Positions 56,624 through 64,000 of a DNA stretch of 64,000 bases are shown here, in pieces. The DNA comes from Candidatus Saccharimonadota bacterium (lineage in GTDB: Bacteria; Patescibacteriota; Saccharimonadia; Saccharimonadales; Saccharimonadaceae): the NCBI GenBank assembly GCA_017510425.1, contig JAFWNJ010000002.1, positions 5,561 through 69,560 on the forward strand, written 5' to 3'. Position numbers and translations under genes: made by a program. The notes under the pieces were generated by a model. The model was not told where the DNA came from. It did no database searches and was given only the letters and a program-made list of their open reading frames with translations. Within the stretch, counting starts at the first letter, position 1. Every line of letters starts with the position of its first letter.

Positions 56624-58486
56624 TCATCGGCGACCAGTGTTGGGGGCTTTTGGAATTGTGATTGGCTGTTCAGTAGTGGATGGAGTGGTGTTCTCGGTTA
56701 AAAATGTAGTGGATTTGGTCGGAGATACGATGGGCTCGGGGACTGGCGAAATCTCCTCGTTGATATTGACTGGGACTATTCCGTTACTCTGACCATAGCC
56801 ATCAGCCAAATTAAAGTTACCTGCGTGTAATTTCAAGACGACAGATTCCCCACGAGCCTCCTGGGATAACGGAGTTAGGACGACCTCATGATAAGTGATA
56901 GAATCTAGATTGCTAAATGTGATACTGGTTTCGTTCGTGATACCAAGGATGACATCGTCTAGTGATACGATGGTTGACGGAGCATCGGTAGTAAAGTTAA
57001 CCCGAGTTTCACTAGGAGATAAGAATTCCATAGAATCGACTATAAGTGACGGGATGGGCGAATTGTCCATATCTTCTTCTACACGTGGCAGACTATCGTA
57101 TCGCTCCATAATGGTATCTGTCAATATGCTTAAATCATCCGCTAAAGTCATAACAGCGCCATCGGTGGCCTGAGCCAAAGATTCGTAATCCCCGTAATGC
57201 TCTGGGGTAGTAATAATGTAGAAATTTACGGGGTCGATTTTTTTACTGAGGGTTTTCACATCGTAAAATGTAGTACCGTCAAGATCTGGCGAATGATAGC
57301 CGGCATCGGTGAGAATCACTAGGGATTTGGTGGAGCCGAGCCGCCAGCTTTGACTACTCATGACGTGGAGGCTGGCCGAGAGGAGTGATTCTGGTTCATC
57401 ATCGCCACCTTCAGCGATGATATTTTCTAGCTCTTCTTCAAAAAGTTCAAGGGTGCAGGTTTCAAAGCCGCAGTGTTCCACTGGGGTATATGAATCTATC
57501 AAGTCACGATAATCATACAGAGCAACTCGGCCGCCAGCGTTCAAGGTTTGCTCTGCTAGGCGCAAAGCTTCAGCTTTATACTCGTCGATATGCTCGCTCA
57601 TTGAGCCGGTGGAATCAATCAGGAAGGCCGTATCATGCGGAGAAGTATATGCGTTTTTAAAATTAAACGCTGCAGCAATCTTACTGAAGATTAGTTTGGC
57701 CGCATCTTCATATAGTCCGTCTGCCACATAGGAGACATGACTCGAAATGCTGTAATGTGAACTGCAAAAAATGTCGAATTTATTACACCAAGTGCCAACC
57801 TTACCAGAGTACCCTTCAGCAACATAAGGGTCTCTAGCTCCTAATAGCCCAGTATGGGCGTAACAATCCGGAACGTAAATACGGTATTCTGAGAGATTAT
57901 CCCCCCTGCATGCGGCCGGTAGTAGTCCTTCTCCTTCTGGCAAGTAGATTTTAGGGTCACCAAAAGTTGCAGCATAGATTATTCTCTCGGGCTGAATCTG
58001 CTCTAGTGCTTTTAGTAAAACGATGGCGCCCTGCGAATAGCCACCAAGGACATATTTCGTATTTTTGCAAACGCCATTATTTACGATGTTGGCTAGTTCT
58101 TTTGCCCCCGCTTTGATACTGTCGCCAAAGGCATAGGATTCGCCTGCCCCTATATAGGCTCCGATGATGTTTGAGAGGTTTTCAATGCCCACACCCACGG
58201 CTGGATAATCCAAATCATCAAACTCATATGACAAAGTAGAGGTCTCTAATTTAGATTCTAGGGATGCCTTGAAACTCTGATAGTCGGCATTATCATAACG
58301 CGTGGCTCCAGAACCGCGTGCAAAGATAATTTTCAAATCTGGACAGCTGGCCGCATTGGTGCCATGCGATTCTGTCGGCAGGACTATGCATGATGCTACG
58401 GTAATAGTCAACACGCTTAGCCAGATGGGAAGATGGTGGGTTCTTGCGAGGGAACCTAGATGTATGACAGGCTTTTTCTTTAGCAT
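56624..58486 (-). CDS. secreted cutinase-like hydrolase + vWA domain protein
   Basis: CPD..IIFARGS, GGYSQGA, FGDP, CNKFDIFC; MIDAS DSTGSM, GGDDEPES, ILTDA; ends APNTGRR. Confidence 0.8.
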   Translation of the reverse strand: MLKKKPVIHLGSLARTHHLPIWLSVLTITVASCIVLPTESHGTNAASCPDLKIIFARGSGATRYDNADYQSFKASLESKLETSTLSYEFDDLDYPAVGVGIENLSNIIGAYIGAGESYAFGDSIKAGAKELANIVNNGVCKNTKYVLGGYSQGAIVLLKALEQIQPERIIYAATFGDPKIYLPEGEGLLPAACRGDNLSEYRIYVPDCYAHTGLLGARDPYVAEGYSGKVGTWCNKFDIFCSSHYSISSHVSYVADGLYEDAAKLIFSKIAAAFNFKNAYTSPHDTAFLIDSTGSMSEHIDEYKAEALRLAEQTLNAGGRVALYDYRDLIDSYTPVEHCGFETCTLELFEEELENIIAEGGDDEPESLLSASLHVMSSQSWRLGSTKSLVILTDAGYHSPDLDGTTFYDVKTLSKKIDPVNFYIITTPEHYGDYESLAQATDGAVMTLADDLSILTDTIMERYDSLPRVEEDMDNSPIPSLIVDSMEFLSPSETRVNFTTDAPSTIVSLDDVILGITNETSITFSNLDSITYHEVVLTPLSQEARGESVVLKLHAGNFNLADGYGQSNGIVPVNINEEISPVPEPIVSPTKSTTFLTENTTPSTTEQPITIPKAPNTGRR

Positions 58487-58614
58487 GTATTATCTCCTTT
58501 TATGTGGGCGATTGAAAAACAAGTCCCTTCAAAAAGCAACCCCCACGAACCAAAATGAAAAGGATAAGCGTTTTATCGGAAAACGGCTATGGTTTTTAAT
58601 AAGCTAATTGTGGT

Positions 58615-59589
58615 TTAATTTTCGAGAAGTTTACAGATTAGAGCGATGAGAAGAGATTTTTCTTTGGGGTTGGATTCAGCAATTAAAAGCGCGAGCGCGG
58701 TCAAAGCACGATCGGAAATCTTAGTCTCACCATTTTTAGTGAGATGATAATCATTGATAGTCAGGAAAATTACAAAAAGTAGAGAGCCAATGCGCTTATT
58801 GCCATCGTAGAACGGATGGTCCTTAATGATTAGATATAGGAGGTTAGCGGCTTTTTCAGAAATGGACGGATAAACGTCTTTCTGATCAAAAGTCTGAATA
58901 ATGGCACTTAGCGACGATTCAAAGGCATTGCCACGAGTTTTACCAAATAGTTCATCTCCTTTGATTGAGTACTTAAGCTCGCTGATGATTTTTAGGCTTT
59001 CGTCCAGGCTCAACATTTTGGTGGCTTTCCTACCTTTGGCAAAGGAAATGTAGCCTTCGTCATATTCCTGAAGCGCCTTGAAACTGGGGCTGTATTTAGT
59101 GATAACTTCCAAAATACCGCCAGCCTCATCGGCGGATAATTCGGAGGAAGCGACAAGCCTCTTGACAATACCCAGTGCGCCTTCGATTTCGTGAAGTTTG
59201 TCAGAATCTAGCTCTTTCAATCTGCGCTCATTGATGGCGACACCATCCACCACGTAACGATGAAGGGTCTTGGTGGCCCAAATGCGGAAATCGGTGGCTT
59301 TTTTAGAATTGACACGGTACCCGACAGAGATGATGGCATCGAGATTATACATTTTAACCTGATAAGTTTTGCCGTCTGTTGCAGTATGTGCAATTTTTGC
59401 ACATACTGAATCCTCCTCTAACTCACCGTCGCGAAAAATATTGCGAATGTGGCGACCGATTACCGTACGGTCTACACCAAAAAGCTTGGCGAGTTGGTCT
59501 TGTGTGGTCCAAATCGTTTCCTCGTTGGCATCAACCCGGAAGACGATTTCGCCTTCGTGTACTTTGTATATTTCTATTTCTTTATGCAT
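58615..59589 (-). CDS. RhuM-like DNA-binding + Fic/Doc domain protein
   Basis: YNLDAIISVGYRVNS..AT.FR.WA; HPFYDGNKRIG. Confidence 0.88.
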   Translation of the reverse strand: MHKEIEIYKVHEGEIVFRVDANEETIWTTQDQLAKLFGVDRTVIGRHIRNIFRDGELEEDSVCAKIAHTATDGKTYQVKMYNLDAIISVGYRVNSKKATDFRIWATKTLHRYVVDGVAINERRLKELDSDKLHEIEGALGIVKRLVASSELSADEAGGILEVITKYSPSFKALQEYDEGYISFAKGRKATKMLSLDESLKIISELKYSIKGDELFGKTRGNAFESSLSAIIQTFDQKDVYPSISEKAANLLYLIIKDHPFYDGNKRIGSLLFVIFLTINDYHLTKNGETKISDRALTALALLIAESNPKEKSLLIALICKLLEN

Positions 59590-59666
59590 GGAATTCCTTA
59601 AGTATGTGCGTGCTACACGTACTTATTCTATCTGATAGTACTAAACATGTAAAGACTATTTATGGG

Positions 59667-62069
59667 TTACAATTCGCCCCAGTTGTGACCGGTGGTGACT
59701 TCGACGGCGAGCTTAATGTCTAATTCGGGAGCGACGGATTCCATCTCGCGCTTGAGGATGTCAGCGACCTCCTTCGCCTGGCTCTCATCGCATTCGACAA
59801 TTAGTGAATCGTGAACCTGCATGACAAGCTCTGCGCCCTCTGGCAAGGCCTTGTCGACAGCAATCATGGCGCGCTTCATGAGATCGGCCTCGGTGCCTTG
59901 AATTGGCATATTCTGGGCGGCACGCTCGGCGGCTTGGCGAATGACAAAATTGCTGGATTTGACATCGGGAGTAGGGCGACGACGACCGTAGTAGGTTTCA
60001 ACAAAGCCCTCTTCCCTGGCCTGTTTTAGTATCTCCTCTAGCTTACGCTTGATTGGAGCACGCAGTTCGAAATAATTATCAATAAATTGCTTTGCTTCGG
60101 CGATTGGCATTTTGGTGGCATCGGCTAGACCTTTTACACTCATACCATAGAGAATACCAAAATTGATAACCTTGGCAGCCCGGCGCTGATCCTTAGTGAC
60201 ATTCTCGAATGGGACCTTGAAGGCCTCGGATGCGGTCTTGGTGTGGATATCAATACCGTGATTAAAATCGTCAATTAAAGCTTGGTCACCGCTCAGAGTG
60301 GCCGCAAGGCGAAGCTCGAACTGAGAATAATCTGCGGATACCAGTGTCTTACCTCTGTCTGCGATAAAGCCCTGACGGATACGCTTGCCCTCGTCAGTCC
60401 GAACAGGGATATTCTGAAGATTGGGGTCCTTAGAACTGAGGCGCCCGGTAGCGGTAACGTTCTGAGTAAAAGTAGTGTGAATACGATCATGGCTGTCCGC
60501 CAAATCCGGCATTGGGATAATATAGGTGTTCAGCAGCTTGGCGGCTTCACGGTATTCGATAATTTTCGGGATGACTGGGTGGAGTTCTTTTAGCTTATCC
60601 AGCTCCTTGGCGCCGGTGGAATAGCCGCGGGTGGTTTTTTTAATTCCCTTCGTCGGCAGCTGCAGCTTCGTAAATAATACCTCAGATAATTGGATCGGCG
60701 AATTGACATTAAAATCTGTGCCAGCCGTGGCCTGAATTTCCTTCTCAAGCTTCGCCACTTCATCTTCATATTCGGCTCGGAGGGTTTTGAAATAATTGCG
60801 GTCGATTAGCATGCCCTTCTCTTCCATCTTATAAAGGATTGGGATGAGCGGCAGGTCGAAATTGATATATATATTATATAGTCTAGGGAAACTATCAAAT
60901 TGGGCGACTTGGGCCGTAAACTCCTCTTCTGGAATGGCGAGGCGAGGTTCTTCCCTTGCAAGCGGATTAAGCAAGAATGCAGCCTGGCCGAGATCCCAGA
61001 ATGATTTACCGTGAAGAATCTCCTTAGCGATTTTCGGGTCTGAATGCATGAGGGATTTAATGTCCCAGTCAATAATCCTGTCGGTTGATAAAGACGAATT
61101 CAAGACAACGTTATCTCGTGGTCTGGGCGGGTCCTGCCAGACCTTCTCCTCCCCCACGTCGCTAAGGCTCCGTGGGGGGCCCCCTCCAGGTCTGTCACCC
61201 GCCCATGCCGCATCCTTCTCGATCTTGCGGATTAGGGAGTTGAATTCAAGTTTTTTCAGGCCGGCGATGACACGGTCGCGGTCGAAGGTGAAGTCGGACA
61301 AGTCCTCAAGCTTGATGGGGGCATCGAACATAATCTTAGCAAGAGTGCGCGACATGTAGGCAGAATCTTTGCCGGATTCGAGCTTGGTCCTAAGGGCGCC
61401 GGTAATCCTATCTATATTATTATATACACCGTCCAAATCTCCGTAATCGTTTAACAATTTAGCGGCGGTTTTCTCGCCAATGCCGGGGACACCCGGAATG
61501 TTATCCGACGAATCGCCCTTCAATGCTTTCAAATCTAAAAATTGCGACTTCTTGATACCGTATTTTGCCTCTAACTCTGGGACGTTGATTTGTTCAATAT
61601 TGGTAAAGCCTTTCAAAATCCGCCACATGTGGGTATTATCGTCAACGATTTGGAGCATATCGAGATCGCTAGAAATGATATAGGTCTCATAATCGCCCAC
61701 TTCATCGGCTTGCCTACTCAGAGTACCGATGATATCGTCGGCCTCATAATTATCAATTTCGACAAAATTCCAACCAAGGTCCTGGACTAGGGTCTCAAGT
61801 AGTGGTATCTGAGTATAAAAATCGTCGCCAGGCTTAATACGACCGGCTTTATAATCCGAGTAGATGTCACGACGCTTACTAACGGAGGTTTTTGAATCCC
61901 AGGCCACTACGACTTTGGTGGGGTTTAGCTTCTTTACGATTTCCATAGCGATGGCTGCGAAGCCATAAACACCACCAGTGGGAGTGCCGTCCGTGAGGCT
62001 TAAGGCGCCCATTGCATAATAACCACGGTAGAAAACTGATTTACCGTCTATGAGAACAAGCTTTTTCAT
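59667..62069 (-). CDS. polA: DNA polymerase I (3'-5' exonuclease domain degenerate) with in-frame repeat insertion
   Basis: YEADDIIGT, GDSSDNIPGV, TGRLSS..PNLQNIP, ADYSQFELR, AKVINFGILYG, QVHDS. Confidence 0.95.
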   Translation of the reverse strand: MKKLVLIDGKSVFYRGYYAMGALSLTDGTPTGGVYGFAAIAMEIVKKLNPTKVVVAWDSKTSVSKRRDIYSDYKAGRIKPGDDFYTQIPLLETLVQDLGWNFVEIDNYEADDIIGTLSRQADEVGDYETYIISSDLDMLQIVDDNTHMWRILKGFTNIEQINVPELEAKYGIKKSQFLDLKALKGDSSDNIPGVPGIGEKTAAKLLNDYGDLDGVYNNIDRITGALRTKLESGKDSAYMSRTLAKIMFDAPIKLEDLSDFTFDRDRVIAGLKKLEFNSLIRKIEKDAAWAGDRPGGGPPRSLSDVGEEKVWQDPPRPRDNVVLNSSLSTDRIIDWDIKSLMHSDPKIAKEILHGKSFWDLGQAAFLLNPLAREEPRLAIPEEEFTAQVAQFDSFPRLYNIYINFDLPLIPILYKMEEKGMLIDRNYFKTLRAEYEDEVAKLEKEIQATAGTDFNVNSPIQLSEVLFTKLQLPTKGIKKTTRGYSTGAKELDKLKELHPVIPKIIEYREAAKLLNTYIIPMPDLADSHDRIHTTFTQNVTATGRLSSKDPNLQNIPVRTDEGKRIRQGFIADRGKTLVSADYSQFELRLAATLSGDQALIDDFNHGIDIHTKTASEAFKVPFENVTKDQRRAAKVINFGILYGMSVKGLADATKMPIAEAKQFIDNYFELRAPIKRKLEEILKQAREEGFVETYYGRRRPTPDVKSSNFVIRQAAERAAQNMPIQGTEADLMKRAMIAVDKALPEGAELVMQVHDSLIVECDESQAKEVADILKREMESVAPELDIKLAVEVTTGHNWGEL
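61124..61205. repeat. palindromic repeat family A, in frame in polA
   Basis: tgggcgggtcctgcc...gtcacccgccca; encodes WAGDRPGGGPPRSLSDVGEEKVWQDPP. Confidence 0.85.
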
Positions 62070-62070
62070 G

Positions 62071-62508
62071 TTATAAACCTATGTATTCACGACCGATTTT
62101 GCGTGAAATTAGAGATTTGATGGTGGTCAGGATTTTGGGTTTTTCCAGACAGGAGCCTAGCTCGCATAGCTCAAGAGTATCGGCATCGTATTTCAAATCA
62201 ACGGTACTGACGTTATCATAAACAAGTAGGCTGCGGTTCACCGTATTGTCGTTTATGCTTTCGTCTTCCACCAGAATCCTGTCGTCATAAACATAGTAGA
62301 TGGTTCTGATTTTGCTGCCCTCGCTGTAATTATCAGTGACTGAGAACCGATAACCCTCCGGAACTGCCGCCGAGACATTGCTGTTTAACGTATTGATAAA
62401 TGTATAGATTAGCATGCCGATACAGACTCCGGCGAGCGCCCAGAGTGTGTAACGCATCCAGTTCCCCTTTTTGTATGCTACATTGGATAAATTACTAATG
62501 CCCGTCAA
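62071..62508 (-). CDS. membrane-anchored hypothetical protein
   Basis: N-terminal TM; operonic with polA. Confidence 0.6.
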   Translation of the reverse strand: MTGISNLSNVAYKKGNWMRYTLWALAGVCIGMLIYTFINTLNSNVSAAVPEGYRFSVTDNYSEGSKIRTIYYVYDDRILVEDESINDNTVNRSLLVYDNVSTVDLKYDADTLELCELGSCLEKPKILTTIKSLISRKIGREYIGL

Positions 62509-63071
62509 AACCCAATCTCCTTAATTATGTTTTTTAGTTGCTCCTGCAAATCTTCAGTGGTGCCGTTGTTTAAAATATAGTAATCGGCAGCAGCGATGGG
62601 GCCACCTTTTTCCAGATTCTCAATCTCGCTGCGGTCACGCTCGCGAATGGCTCTGCCATCGAAAGCACGACCAGGGCGCTTGGCGACACGGTCATATCTT
62701 AAGTGCTTATCTACTACTATCGCGATAAAGGTCAGACACTTCGGAAACTCGTGCTTTAAGGTCTTATACTCAGTCCAGGAATAAACGCCGTCTAGGACAA
62801 TGCGCTTCTGACCGGCACTGATTAAGTCCTTAGTCTCGGCGATGACTTGGCGTACCACCCAATCCTTGCCCTCCTTCTCACGAATCTCTTCGCGGAATTT
62901 CTTCTCCGACTCACCGTCCTCGGTACGAGGGATGCCGCGCTTCTCCATTTCTTTATAGATCATGCCGCCGAAGTAAACCTTCGGATAGCCCTGATTCGTT
63001 AAATAATCTACTGCTACTGATTTGCCACTGCCGGACATGCCGACGATAGCGATGATTTTGACGTTGTCCAT
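62505..63071 (-). CDS. P-loop kinase (dephospho-CoA kinase/UPF0200-like)
   Basis: GMSGSGKS, VLDGV, RDRSE, ADYYILNNG. Confidence 0.75.
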   Translation of the reverse strand: MDNVKIIAIVGMSGSGKSVAVDYLTNQGYPKVYFGGMIYKEMEKRGIPRTEDGESEKKFREEIREKEGKDWVVRQVIAETKDLISAGQKRIVLDGVYSWTEYKTLKHEFPKCLTFIAIVVDKHLRYDRVAKRPGRAFDGRAIRERDRSEIENLEKGGPIAAADYYILNNGTTEDLQEQLKNIIKEIGF

Positions 63072-63119
63072 GAGTATAGTATAGCACGTATTTTGGGTTA
63101 ATAGACATTTTGTGTGTAT

Positions 63120-64000
63120 TTACGCCTCTGTTCTTCCAGAGAAGAAAATTCGTGCGAACTGAATTTTCTGGGCTTTTTTAAGTCCACGATGGTTGTTTAG
63201 ACGCCGTTTTAACTCACTATGTAGGCCCTCTATTTTGTTGTTAGTATTCGGTATATCTAGATCTGGATATTGCTGGTGTGTAAAAAGGTAGGGTAAATTC
63301 GTAATAAGACTATTGATAGCTCGTCTGGTTAATCTATGAGTGTATTCCCACTTACCATCTTCTGTATGGCTTTTCTCCTGTAGCCAAACTTCATTATGTA
63401 GCTTCCAACCATATACCATTGCTATAAAGGTCTCCCTATCAGTATGAACAAGCGATAATGCAATATTTCGTAATTCTTTATTTGGTAATAATACTGGTTT
63501 TCTAGTTAGGCATTGTGTAATTATTTTTAGTTGATGAAACTGGCAAAACTGAACTTCAATACCATATTTCTCTAACATATTTATTACCCCTTTCTTTCCG
63601 TCAATGATTGCAACCTTAGGATGGATCCCGTAGCTATGTAATTTTCTGATAGCCTTCTCGTAATCCCAAACTGATTCATATCCATTTGTAGGTTCGGAGT
63701 ACAAGGTTTTACCATTATGTGCGTTTATAACTGTCAGAATGCCCCAGGAACGTCCAGAATAAGTCACATCCATAGCAATTACATCTGCTGGAGTTGGAAC
63801 GATTTCTGGTGGAGTATATAGGTTCATTTTACGACGAATGCTCCTCTCGCTCATTTTGTATTTATCGGCCAATTCTCCGTAGTTCATATTACGAAAAACA
63901 AAATCATCCCAGATAAGTTTAGCTAAAACCAGTAAATGCGCATTTGAAACCCATGTCTTGTTACAATTCTTACATTTATATCTCTGTCGTCCACTGCTTG
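63120..64000 (-). mobile_element. DDE transposase (IS256/MULE-like with Zn ribbon), runs off window end
   Basis: Frame stays open upstream of 63887: GRQRYKCKNC Zn ribbon; MDVTY, IIDGKKG, QFCQFHQ, TNNKIEG..SELK. Confidence 0.8.

Overview
64 kb of a reduced bacterial chromosome whose gene content points to Candidatus Saccharibacteria (CPR/TM7); this is inferred from minimal housekeeping genes, a short MiaA, a VirB4-like ATPase and many leaderless genes. Most of it is housekeeping (gyrB, infC-rpmI-rplT-rpmB, thrS, ileS, parAB, rel, nrdR, ftsA/ftsZ, map, adk, polA, mutM, tmRNA, RNase P RNA, three tRNAs). A ~9.6 kb island between ftsA and ftsZ carries a complete diversity-generating retroelement (DGR) of unusual layout. 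It has a 1245-aa surface target with a variable repeat (VR, 42957-43173), an XRE-HTH/MutS-I-like/Avd-like fusion gene and a reverse transcriptase (RT). Its 217-bp template repeat (TR, 40302-40518) lies on the opposite strand downstream of the RT; all 18 TR/VR mismatches are at TR adenines. A second target-like gene (32948-35245) has a VR signature that does not match this TR. Several families of structured palindromic repeats also occur, two of them inserted in frame in ileS (three times) and polA (once), resembling Rickettsia palindromic elements.
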